In this document: positions 38,070-56,751 of the stretch, piece after piece
Layout of the letters: the number at the start of each line of letters is the position of its first letter
How positions within the stretch are numbered: position 1 is the stretch's first letter
The notes under the pieces: generated by a model
Told to the model about the DNA's origin: nothing
Seen by the model: only the letters and a program-made list of their open reading frames with translations
Databases searched by the model: none
Assembly (NCBI GenBank): GCA_002269645.1
Contig: NIVC01001207.1
Span: 23,541 to 87,540, forward strand
DNA: 64,000 nucleotides
DNA from: Macrostomum lignano
Taxonomy: Eukaryota
Reading direction: 5' to 3'
Translations under genes and position numbers: made by a program

Positions 38070-39505
38070 CTCAGTCTAGTAAAGTGCCTGTATTCAGTCT
38101 AGTAGAGTGTCTGTATTCAGTCTAGTAGAGTGCCTGTACTCAGTCTAGTAGAGTGTGTATTCAGTCTAGTCGAGTGTCTGTATTCAGTCTAGTAGAGTGC
38201 CTGTACTCAGTCTAGTAGAGTGTGTATTCAGTCTAGTCGAGTGTCTGTATTCAGTCTAGTAGAGTGCCTGTACTCAGTCTAGTAGAGTGTGTATTCAGTC
38301 TAATAGAGTGCCTGTACTCAGTCTAGTAGAGTGTGTATTCAGTCTAGTAGAGTGCCTGTACTCAGTCTAGTAGAGTGTGTATTCAGTCTAATAGAGTGCC
38401 TGTACTCAGTCTAGTAGAGTGTGTATTCAGTCTAATAGAGTGCCTGTACTCAGTCTAGTAGAGTGTGTATTCAGTCTAATAGAGTACCTGTACTCAGTCT
38501 AGTCGAGCGTCTGTATTCAGTCTAATAGAGTGCTTGTACTCAGTCTAGTAGAGTGTGTATTCAGTCTAATAGAGTACCTGTACTCAGTCTAGTCGAGCGT
38601 CTGTATTCAGTCTAGTAGAGTGTGTATTCAGTCTAGTAGAGTGCCTGTACTCAGTCTAGTAGAGTGTCTGTATTCAGTCTAGTAGAATGCCTGTACTCAG
38701 TCTAGTAGAGTGTCTGTATTCAGTCTAGTAGAATGCCTGTACTCAGTCTAGTAGAGTGTCTGTATTCAGTCTAGTAGAGTGCCTGTACTCAGTCTAGTAG
38801 AGTGCCTGTACTCAGTCTAGTAGAGTGTCTGTATTCAGTCTAGTAGAATGCCTGTACTCAGTCTAGTAGAGTGTCTGTATTCAGTCTAGTAGAATGCCTG
38901 TACTCAGTCTAGTAGAGTGCCTGTATTCAGTCTAGCATAGTGTCTGTATTCAGTCTAGTAGAATGCCTGTACTCAGTCTAGTAGAGTGCCTGTATTCAGT
39001 CTAGTAGAGTGTCTGTATTCAGTCTAGTAGAATGCCTGTACTCAGTCTAGTAGAGTGTCTGTATTCAGTCTAGCATAGTGTCTGTATTCAGTCTAGTAGA
39101 ATGCCTGTACTCAGTCTAGTAGAGTGCCTGTATTCAGTCTAGTAGAGTGTCTGTATTCAGTCTAGTAGAATGCCTGTACTCAGTCTAGTAGAGTGCCTGT
39201 ATTCAGTCTAGTAGAGTGTCTGTATTCAGTCTAGTAGAATGCCTGTACTCAGTCTAGTAGAATGCCTGTATTCAGTCTAGTAGAATGCCTGTACTCAGTC
39301 TAGTAGAGTGCCTACTCAGTCTAGTAGAGTGCCTGTATTCAGTCTAGTAGAATGCCTGTACTCAGTCTAGTAGAGTGCCTACTCAGTCTAGTAGAGTGCC
39401 TGTATTCAGTCTAGTAGAATGCCTGTACTCAGTCTAGTAGAGTGCCTACTCAGTCTAGTAGAGTGTCTGTATTCAGTCTAGTAGAATGCCTGTACTCAGT
39501 CTAGT
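38070..39505. repeat. 21-23-nt minisatellite (tcagtctagtagagtgcctgtac), ending about 230 bp upstream of the GPCR start codon
   Basis: About 60 tandem copies with variant units. Confidence 0.95.
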
Positions 39506-39736
39506 AGAGAGAATAGCTTGGTTACAAACGAGAGAAAATGAGTATCTGATGTCGGCAGTGACCTGTCAACTGGCAGGGGAATTCTCCAAGAGAGCCAACA
39601 GCCAGTTCGATCCGAATCACGTGACGATGCAGCCTTTCAACAGACGTTATTGGATGAAAAAATTTCCTCATAAAACTGTGCACTTGCTGTCAGCTCTCGG
39701 CGCTTTTTGCCTCATCCAGTTTTTTTAACTGTCGAA

Positions 39737-46459
<6,723 letters not shown>

Positions 46460-46789
46460 GAGTTCTGAAACAATTGAGCAACTTTTGTGTTCCCAAATAA
46501 AAACAAAAAATAAAGAAACTAATGATTTTTTAATCGCAATGGTAGAATTTAGCATCGCACCAGCATAGTCTGCAGCAGACATTACCGTGGTTATTAACCA
46601 ACTATTCTCACGGCTTTTCGTACGAGCGCAACGATTTCTTTTATTAGCTCTCATGTTTGCACAGCTAGCAGACGCTATTTTAGTGCACCCGATAGCCCAG
46701 TTTGGCGCCACTGGCACTCATCTTTGGCACACCTAAAAATAGAAGATCGCGTAGGCGGGGGTAAGAGTGTAGACGTGTAGGAGTACGAA

Positions 46790-47570
46790 TGACCCTTTCT
46801 GACTTTCCTGTTGCATAGTCCATGGCTTCTGACCCCTACTGACTTTCCCGTATCATAGTCCATGGCTTCTGACCCCTACTGACTTTCCCGTATCATAGTC
46901 CATAGCTTCTGACCCCTACTGACTTTCCCGTATCATAGTCCATGGCTTCTGACCCCTACTGACTTTCCCGTATCATAGTCCATAGCTTCTGACCCCTACT
47001 GACTTTCCCGTATCATAGTCCATGGCTTCTGACCCCTACTGACTTTCCCGTATCATAGTCCATGGCTTCTGACCCCTACTGACTTTCCCGTATCATAGTC
47101 TATGGCTTCTATGGCTTCTGACCCCTTACTGATGACATTCTCTGTAGCATAGTCTATAGCTTCTGACCCCTTCTGACCCTTTCCGTAGCTTAGTCTATGG
47201 CTTCTGACCCCTACTGACATTTCCGCATCATAGTCTATGGCTTCTGACCCCTTACTGATGACATTCTCTGTAGCATAGTCTATAGCTTCTGACTCCTTCT
47301 GACCCTTTCCGTAGCAGAGTCTATGGCTTCTGACCCCTACTGACTTTTCCGTATTATAGTCTATGGCTTCTGACCCCTACTGACATTCCCGCATCATAGT
47401 CTATGGCTTCTGACCCCTACTGACATTCCCGCATCATAGTCTATGGCTTCTAAGCCTTACTGACTTTCCTGTATCATAGTCTATGGCTTCTGACCCCTTC
47501 TGACCCTTTCCGTAGCATAGTCTATGGCTTCTGACACCTACTGACCCTTCTGACACCTACTGACTTCTCC
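46790..47570. repeat. 40-nt minisatellite (catagtccatggcttctgacccctactgactttcccgtat), array 1
   Basis: Period 40; same family as 49730-50330. Confidence 0.92.
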
Positions 47571-48584
47571 TTTAGCAAAACTCTGTTAGTGTCAGCATTA
47601 TATTGCACAAGCAGCATGCACCAAGCACAGCAGGCCTCCAATATGATACTGGAGCATTGTTTTTATTTACACGTTTTATTATTTATTAGTGTTATCTTCT
47701 TATCTGTAGCCTAGAATTCGCAAATTCGCAAAATAAAACGTTAATTTTTTTTCGGTTGAAACAAACATTGAAAATGACTTTTGTAGCTTCAGATTCCTGT
47801 GAATCTAGATTTGTAATCTACTACATCATCTGTTGGCGCGCTTGTTAGCAGCTTAGGAGTCAGCATTATGGGCAGAATTTGCCCCAAATTATTAGGTAGA
47901 GTGACAAACCAAGGTTCCCATTGTTATTCTCTGTCATGCTTTGTTAAATTCTATAACCACAATTACTTTAAATGCAGCTTCAAAAACGCTAACTGCGTGC
48001 GGATGAACGGCAATTGCATATTTTTTGAGCCACTAAAATGGCGCGAGGCCTTTTGCTGAAGTCGCTGATGAGCTATTGCCGTTTGCTTGTTTAACAACTC
48101 AGATAGAAATTGCTTCAACATTAATTAACTGCCGCTGGTCCCGCGCCTCACCTGACGGCTTGCGGCAGTGTAAATTGCTGATTTCAACAGGTAATAACAG
48201 TAATAATAATGATATTATATCACCTGCATGGCTGGGCTTCACAAGACAAACAAAAGGGCTGAGAGAATGACTTGTTTTAAATAATTTTTTGTTCGTTCGT
48301 TCAACAAGCTTAGCGTTCCGCTTTGCAATAGGCTTATCTATCGGATTACCTGTGGGTGAATTGTTGAGAATCGAATTTCATTTTAAATCGATGCAGGATT
48401 TACGGATTAGCCATTATCAGTTGACAGTTCCAATGAGAATAAGGGATTTATTGTACGAGTAACAAGATGCGCGCGGAGTGTGGTGAAAAAATGTAAAAAA
48501 TTTAAAGATAGAGAAACGGAGTGAAGACGGCACAAATAAAAAAATAAATGAATTGTATCTTTTTATTGAACCAGTCACTTATTT

Positions 48585-48591
48585 ACTTAGC

Positions 48592-48623
<32 letters not shown>

Positions 48624-48691
48624 CAGTTGGCTAGTTAGTTATTGTAGTTGGTTAGTAAGTTACATGTAGTTAGTTAGTTAGTTAGTTAGTC

Positions 48692-48726
<35 letters not shown>

Positions 48727-48794
48727 CAGTTGGCTAGTTAGTTATTGTAGTTGGTTAGTAAGTTACATGTAGTTAGTTAGTTAGTTAGTTAGTC

Positions 48795-48829
<35 letters not shown>

Positions 48830-48897
48830 CAGTTGGCTAGTTAGTTATTGTAGTTGGTTAGTAAGTTACATGTAGTTAGTTAGTTAGTTAGTTAGTC

Positions 48898-48931
<34 letters not shown>

Positions 48932-48956
48932 CTAGTTAGTTAGTTAGTTAGTTAGC

Positions 48957-49012
<56 letters not shown>

Positions 49013-49013
49013 C

Positions 49014-49044
<31 letters not shown>

Positions 49045-49049
49045 CAGTC

Positions 49050-49100
<51 letters not shown>

Positions 49101-49101
49101 C

Positions 49102-49140
<39 letters not shown>

Positions 49141-49145
49141 CAGTC

Positions 49146-49188
<43 letters not shown>

Positions 49189-49189
49189 C

Positions 49190-49227
<38 letters not shown>

Positions 49228-49228
49228 C

Positions 49229-49262
<34 letters not shown>

Positions 49263-49340
49263 CTTACTTAGTTAGTTAGTTAGTTAGTTAGTTAGATATT
49301 TAGTTATTTAGTTAATTAGTTTGTCAGTCCGTCAGTTAGT
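48585..49340. repeat. (AGTT)n microsatellite with repeated interruptions
   Basis: About 750 nt of agtt, with a recurring cagttggctagttagttattgtagttggttagtaagttacatgt block. Confidence 0.95.
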
Positions 49341-49729
49341 TAGTTTGTTTCTTTGTTTTAGACACTGCCACAAAGCATACTTGCTAGAGACATCTGAACA
49401 TTAATTGGTTCAGCAATTTATTAAAGTGATAAACACGTTTGCGTCTATAAAAAAGCGTTTGCAAATATTCTACTTCTGTATATTTCATGTATTGCATAAA
49501 TCACAAACTGAAAATTGAGATACAGAGAATTAAAAATTTGCTGACTTTGAATTTAAACTGAGATGCTTTCTGCAATAATGTTTGTTAAGGTTTAAAACAA
49601 AATAGTTTGTTATAAGGATATTGCCAGACCATGCAATTATGTTTGCAGTTTGTAATAAATTTATTGCAAGAGTTGAAACAATTTTAACGATATCGGAAAG
49701 AAACAGGAAAAGTGTGATCATAGATTTCA

Positions 49730-50330
49730 GTAGTCTATGGCTTCTGACCCCTACCGACTCTCTCCGTAGCATAGTCTATGGCTTCTGATCCCTACTGACT
49801 CTCGCCGTTGCATAGTCTATGGCTTCTGACCCTTACTGACTCTCTCCATAACATAGTCTATGACTTCTGACATATTGATTTTCTCTGTATCATAGTCTAT
49901 GGCTTCTGACCCCTACTGTACTGACTTTCTCTGTAGTATAGTCTATGGCTTTTGACCCCTACTGACCCTCTCCGTAGGATAGTCTTTGGCTTCTGACCCT
50001 TACTGACCCTCTCCGTAGGATAGTCTTTGGCTTCTGACCCTTACTGACCCTCTCCGTCGGATAGTCTATGGCTTCTGACCCCTACTGACTCTCTCCGTCG
50101 GATAGTCTATAGCTTCTGACCCTTACTGACTCTCTCCATAGCATAGTCTATAGCTTCTGACCCTTACTGACTCTCTCCATAGCATAGTCTATGACTTCTG
50201 ACACATACCGATTTTCTCTGTATCATAGTCTATGGCTTCTCCATCATAGTCTATAGTCTATAGGATAGTCTTTGGCTTCTGACCCTTACTGACCCTCTCC
50301 GTAGCATAGTCTATGGCTTCTGACCCCTAC
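49730..50330. repeat. 40-nt minisatellite family, array 2
   Basis: catagtctatggcttctgacccctactgactctctccgtag units, same orientation as array 1. Confidence 0.9.
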
Positions 50331-50577
50331 TATCCCATATCAGCATAAAGCCATGGCTTCCAATCCTCTGGCGCTCCCCTACTACTGAACTTCTTGTATT
50401 GTATACTGTTTGTACATGTAATTTTTCTATTTTCAAAATAGCTTTCCTTAACTATATCAAAGCTTGAAGCAAATCAAAGCAACAGACCAACTAAAGCTAA
50501 GCTAGCCAAAGATAGAGACAAAGATAAGCAGCCAAAAACGACTATTAGGATATTAGAATCAATTCAAATATGAAGCG

Positions 50578-53500
50578 TCAGGCCAGAGTCTGGGCTTTAG
50601 CTGCATTCTGCATTAATCGACTATTGAGATTCTGAGACAGCGACAGGACCTTGCTGGAAACCAGGCTGGTGTCGGACTCAGCCGTTTTCGACGCGATAAA
50701 CTCGTTCATGACAAAATTGTTCTGCTCGTGATGCTGCCACTTGCGCTCCAGGTTGCTCAGCTGAGAATGGTTCTCATTCTCGGACAGTTCCTTCTTCTTG
50801 GTCTCGTAGGCGGATGAGAGGCTGCGGCTGAGTCGTTTCATCTGCTCTCGGCGCCGGCCTAGGACGGCCCGCTCCTTGCCGAGCTGAGGGGATTTTCGGG
50901 AGGGATATACTTTACCTGAACCTTATTAAAGCTCATATTACCTGAACTTTATATTACCTGAACCTCATATTACCTGAACTTTTTATTACCTGAACCTCAT
51001 ATTACCTGAACTTTTTATTACCTGAACTTCTTATTACCTGAACTTTATATTACCTGAACCTCATATTACCTGAACTTTATATTACCTGAAATTCATATTA
51101 CCTGAACTTCTTATTACCTGAACTTCTTATTACCTGAACTTCTTATTACCTGAACTTCTTATTACCTGAACTTAATATTACCTGAACTTAATATTACCTG
51201 AACTTTATATTACCTGAACCTCATATTACCTGAACTTTTTATTACCTGAACTTCTTATTACCTGAACTTAATATTACCTAAACTTTATATTGCCTGAACT
51301 TCATATTATCTGAACTTTATATTACCTGAACCTCATATTACCTGAAATTCATATTACCTGAAATTCATATTACCTGAACTTCTTATTACCTGAACTTCTT
51401 ATTACCTGAACTTCCTATTACCTGAACTTAATATTACCTGAACTTAATATTGCCTGAACTTCATATTACCTGAGCCTGAAATCCACAGCATCAGGCTTCT
51501 TATTATATCTAGACTTCTCATTGCGAGAACCTGAAGCCTATGTTAGCCTATGAAAATAAACAGATTTATTTTTCTATTTTCATGTATTTATAACAAGTCG
51601 TGACTGTCACCGAATTCTTTTAATTCCCCCTTCGGGGAATTTACCACTGTAAGCCACTGCCGCTGCTGCACACTGATTTCATCCCCAACCTAACTCTGAC
51701 TTGCCTACAGATTTCGTGACAAATGAAGCTCATGAACCTCTCATCCACAGTGTGTCAACAAAACTAGTTATGCATGTCGGACTTGACCTGTTCTGAACCC
51801 TTCCCTCTCGCTGTGACTTTTGAAAACTCGGTGCAAAAATCGAACTAAGGAGAAAGAGAGAGATGGCACAGAGGGGGGGGGGCAGACAGGGGCAGAGCGA
51901 GGAGTTGCGCAATAACCCGAGCGAGAAGAATTGCAGAGCAAAAATCGATATTATTAAAGTCGAGGCTATGTGCAATTTAGCGAGATAAGGGAAAGAGAAG
52001 GGAGGGAGGGGTTGAGAGCCCCACCCCCAAGTCAAGCCAGAGCTCCACATAAAAGTGACAGGACTTGGAAGGTTTTGAATTATACTTTCTAACTTTTCGC
52101 GGGAGAATACAACTGACCATAAGGGCAGGACAAGGCGGAAATGAAGAAACTATTTAAGTATCAAGTGCTGCTGCTGTCAGTGAGCCAGCAGCCGGAAGAG
52201 GCCTCATCTAGCGGAGTGACCCGCCTGCTCACGGCTCTGCTGCTCCTAGCTGTGGCCCTGCTGGTATCTGTAGCCGTGTTCGGTGTCGTGATCCTCTCCG
52301 GTGCACCTGGCGAACAGGACGGCAACTCTGCCAAGTTAACAATGGCCTGGATGTCAGCTGGGGCAGCGGCTCTGGTGTTGGTCTGTCTGGCTCTCTACCT
52401 GCTGATATTCGCTGCTCTGCCTCGGTCGCCGCATCGGCCACCGCTGCCAGCCTCTGCCGAAGTGCGCCGGGTCTGATGCCCGCGACGAGAGCCGCTTTAA
52501 CAGCCTTCGGGATGCTTTGTAGCGACTTGCGAGCAAAAATTGACGCTATTGGGAAATCGTGATGGGAAATGTTTTTGGAAATCTTCAGGGGGTTCAGGGT
52601 TAGAGATACTTCAGGGAGTTCAGGGTAAGAGTTACTTCGGGGAGTTCAGGGTTAGAGATACTTCAGGAAGTTCAGGGTTAGAGATACTTCAGGGAGTTTA
52701 GGGTTAGAGATACTTCAGGGAGTTGAGGGTTAGACTTCAGGGAGTTCAGGGTTAGAGATACTTCAGGCAGTTCAGGGTTAGAGATACTTCAGAGAGTTGA
52801 GGGTTAGAGATACTTCAGGGAGTTCAGGGTAAGAGATACTTGAGGGAGTTGAGGGTTAGACTTCAGGCAGTTCAGGGTTAGAGATACTTCAGGGAGTTCA
52901 GGGTTAGAGATACTTCAGGGAGTTCAGGGTTAGAGATACTTCAGGAAGTTCAGGGTTAGAGATACTTCCGGGAGTTCAGGGTTAGAGATACTTCAGGAAG
53001 TTCAGGGTAAGAGATACTTCAGGAAGTTCAGGGTTAGAGATACTTCAGGGAGTTCAGGGTAAGAGATACTTCAGAAAGTTCAGGGTTAGAGATACTTCAG
53101 GAAGTTCAGGGTAAGAGATACTTCAGGAAGTTCAGGGTTAGAGATACTTCAGGGAGTTCAGGGTAAGAGATACTTCAGAAAGTTCAGGGTTAGAGATACT
53201 TCAGGGAGTTCAGGGTAAGAGATACTTCAGGGAGTTCAGGGTACGAGATACTTCAGGGAGTTCAGGGTTAGAGATACTTCAGGGAGTTCAGGGTTAGAGA
53301 TACTTCAGAGAGTTCAGGGTTAGAGATACTCCAAGGAGTTCAGGGTTAGAGATACTTCAGAGAGTTCAGGGTTAGAGATACTCCAGAGAGTTCAGGGTTA
53401 GAGATACTCCAAGGAGTTCAGGGATATAGTCACTATATAGATAATTCAGGCAGTCCAGCGTTATAGATATTTCAGGGAGTTCAGAGCAAGAAACCCTTCA

Positions 53501-56500
53501 GGATAATCAGCAGTTCAGGAATATCCAAATATCTAAGTTCCAACTGAAACTGAGACTAACTTGAGTCATTTTCTGTAAACCCATATTTTTATGTGAAACT
53601 TCCCTGTCAGCCAATTATTTTCAAAAGTAAACATCTGTATTTTAAAGTAATTCGAAATGTTAATCTCATTATTTTTCGGTTCAGCTACAAATACTACTAC
53701 TATCAGCAGTACTATATCGTACAGTAGTTCATATTCAACCAAAATAATTATTTTTCATTCAAAATGTGCCAACAGCCAGCTGCGAGTTGCATTATTAATT
53801 ACTTAATCACCTTTCCTTACTTATATACCCTTCAATTCAATGAAGATTAATAAGTACATTTGTTCATTTGAAAAAAACTGCATTTTAAATAAGCACTTAT
53901 TTTGTTTACAATGAAACCGTTTAATAAAATACAACTAACACAACTAGGCTGATAGCCGTATAAATTTCCTCGGTAATTAACATTTATCTCACTGCTTTCT
54001 CGCACTGATTAACTATCAAACCCTCCTTTTGGAATATTGACATCTGAGCAGGGCAAATCTCGTACATATACGATGCTGTACAAGATATACATGAGACCCA
54101 TTTGTATATTCCAAGGTATCCTAAACAATTTATTAAATCTGCTGAAAACCAGACTAGACTACTAACAATAGAAACGTTAGACTTTTTTTATAAAACATAG
54201 CAGGCCAGAGTGTGTTCCCGCCTTACCGACTCCCTCTTCGCCTCGCTCTCGGCCATCAGGCCGCCAATGTCGCCGTAGCGAACCAGCTCGTCCTGCATCG
54301 CTTTGATTCGCTCTTTCAGCGATTCAATCTCCTCCGTGGTTTTCCTCTCCAGCTGGTCGATCTTCAGCAGGTCCTGCTGCACCTTCACGTGGCCGCCAGT
54401 CAGGTTGGCGGCTGTCGCGTCCGCTTTGTCCTTCTCGTTGGCTTTGAACTTCAGCTGGTCTTGCATTGAGCGGAAGTCGGTGGCCGATGGCAGCGAGCTC
54501 ACGCGGCCCATGCTCCTGGTGATGAAGTCCAGCAGTTCCACGACCTGGCGCTCCAGCTCGCTCAGTTTGGCCTTCTCGCTTGAGAATGTGGAGTCGTAGC
54601 TGCCGAGAAATTCGTCCATTTGTTCCTCTCGTTTTCGCAGCTCCCTGTACTGCTGCGACCGCTGACCGGACACGTCCTCGATGTCCTGCTCGGTGGCTCG
54701 GATCTCGCTCTGCAACATCTGCAGGCGCTCCACCGCCTCTCTGGTTTGCCGTTCCATCGTGCCGATCTCTTGGTTGTCCTCCTTTACCTGTTGGAGAGAA
54801 ATATACTGGTATCATTACCTGTGCCGGATAGTGGATGAAAGTCTCCATGTGGCATGCGCACAATGGCTCTCAGATGTACACTTACCAGCAGTCTCTCTCA
54901 ATCTTTCTCAAAGTCTCACCTGAGCCAGCAGTCTCTCCCAAAGTCTCACCTGAGCCAGCAGTCTCCCTCAAAGTCTCACCTGAGCCAGCAGTCTCTCCTA
55001 AAGTCTCACCTGAGCCAGCAGTCTCTCCTAAAGTCTCACCTGAGCCAGCAGTCTCTCCTAAAGTCTCACCTGAGCCAGCAGTCTCTCCTAAAGTCTCACC
55101 TGAGCCAGCAGTCTCCCTCAAAGTCTCACCTGAGCCAGCAGTCTCCCTCAAAGTCTCACCTGAGCCAGCAGTCTCTCTTAAAGTCTCAACTGAGCCAGCA
55201 GTCTCCCTCAAAGTCTCACCTGAGCCAGCAGTCTCTCTCAAAGTCTCACCTGAGCCAGCAGTCTCTCCCAAAGTCTCACCTGAGCCAGCAGTCTCCCTCA
55301 AAGTCTCACCTGAGCCAGCAGTCTCTCCTAAAGTCTCATCTGAGCCAGCAGTCTCTCCTAAAGTCTCACCTGAGCCAGCAGTCTCTCTCAAAGTCTCACC
55401 TGAGCCAGCAGTCTCTCCCAAAGTCTCACCTGAGCCAGCAGTCTCTCTCAAAGTCTCACCTGAGCCAGCAGTCTCTCCTAAAGTCTCATCTGAGCCAGCA
55501 GTCTCTCCTAAAGTCTCACCTGAGCCAGCAGTCTCTCCTAAAGTCTCACCTGAGCCAGCAGTCTCTCCTAAAGTCTCACCTGATCCAGCAGTCTCTCCTA
55601 AAGTCTCACCTGAGCCAGCAGTCTCCCTCAAAGTCTCACCTGAGCCAGCAGTCTCTCTCAAAGTCTCACCTGAGCCAGCAGTCTCCCTCAAAGTCTCACC
55701 TGAGCCAGCAGTCTCCCTCAAAGTCTCACCTGAGCCAGCAGTCTCCCTCAAAGTCTCACCTGAGCCAGCAGTCTCCCTCAAAGTCTCACCTGAGCCAGCA
55801 GTCTCCCTCAAAGTCTCACCTGAGCCAGCAGTCTCTCCCGCTCCTGCTGCGGGTTCCCGGCCGCCCTGGCCTCCTCCAGCAGGCCGTCCCGCCTCTCTTC
55901 AGCCTCGCGCAGCTGCTCGCTAAGTCGCACCGCCTCCTGCTTGACGGGATTCGGCGTCAGCTCGTCCTCCAGGTGGCCGCGTCGCCGCCGCAGCTCCTCC
56001 AGCTCCTCTTGGCCGGACTCGAGCTGCTTGGCCAGCTGCCCGTTCTCCTCTTTCAACTGCTGGTAGCGTCTCTGCTGCGCCGGCTGCATCTGCTGCACCA
56101 GACTGTCAGCCATGCGCCTCTCCTGCTCCAGCTCCTGTTCAACTGAGCGAACCGCAGCTTCGGCCTCTTTGCGCTCGCTGAACACGCGTTCAAGTTCGCG
56201 TTCTTCTCGTTCGTTTTGGCCTCGAAGCTCCTCGCAGTCCATCTGAATGTTGGCCACATCCTGGTCGGTGTTGAGCTTGTCCACCAGCGTGTTGTAGTCA
56301 GCCAGCTCGCCCTGCAGCGCTTTGATGTCGCCGGCCAGGGTCTCCGCCATCTTCTCGTATTGCACAAAGCTGCTGCTCTCCTCCTCCATGGTTTCGAAGC
56401 TCTGCTTCAGCTGGCCAATCTCGGAGGCGAGCTCGTTGATCTTGGAGCGCAGCAGGCCGATGTAGTAGCTCTTGTCCTCGTGCTGGCGTCGGAGGCCTTT

Positions 56501-56751
56501 GCCGCCGGTCTTCAATCCACCAAGGCCTTGCTGGGTGATGGGCCGATCTTCGAACTTGGGAAGAAAAGCAGAAAAAATGCAATTCCAATAAGTCAATGGT
56601 CTCAAAGCGTAAGGCTGAATCGTGGAAGAGTTATTCTTACCCGCACGTTGGCTCCTGCGGCAACTGCCGAGCCGCCCTTTGTCTCCGGGCGCATTGCAGT
56701 TTTCAATCTGGAGGCTGTGCCGGGCCTCAGCGCTGAGCCTCTGCTAGCCAT
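50578..56751 (-). CDS. IFT74: Intraflagellar transport protein 74; exons 56751-56641, 56554-55820, 54787-54227, 50883-50578 (570 aa if the 56751 ATG is the start)
   Basis: DRPITQQGLGGLKTG, DKSYYIGLLRSKINEL, QGELADYNTLVDKLNT, VKQEAV, KEDNQEIGTMERQ and ENENHSQLSNLERKWQHHEQNNFVMNEFIASK match IFT74 motifs along the whole length; all junctions are phase 0 GT-AG. Confidence 0.95.
50912..51475. repeat. 16-nt minisatellite (aacttcttattacctg) at the 3' end of IFT74 intron 3
   Basis: Period 16, about 35 copies; reads caggtaataagaagtt on the transcribed strand. Confidence 0.93.
52141..52476 (+). other. GC-rich ORF with two hydrophobic segments, antisense inside IFT74 intron 3; possible nested gene exon
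   Basis: LLTALLLLAVALLVSVAVFGVVIL and AAALVLVCLALYLLIFAAL; no family recognised. Confidence 0.3.
52585..53425. repeat. 26-nt minisatellite (gggttagagatacttcagggagttca) in IFT74 intron 3
   Basis: About 30 tandem copies. Confidence 0.95.
54886..55836. repeat. 30-nt minisatellite in IFT74 intron 2 derived from the exon 2 / intron 2 junction
   Basis: The unit on the minus strand is gtgagactttgagggagactgctggctcag; its last about 18 nt copy the end of exon 2. Confidence 0.97.

Noticed and set aside
54835-56146. Long repetitive ORFs (362, 430 and 309 aa)
   Set aside because: Frames of the 30-nt intronic array and antisense of IFT74 exon 2.
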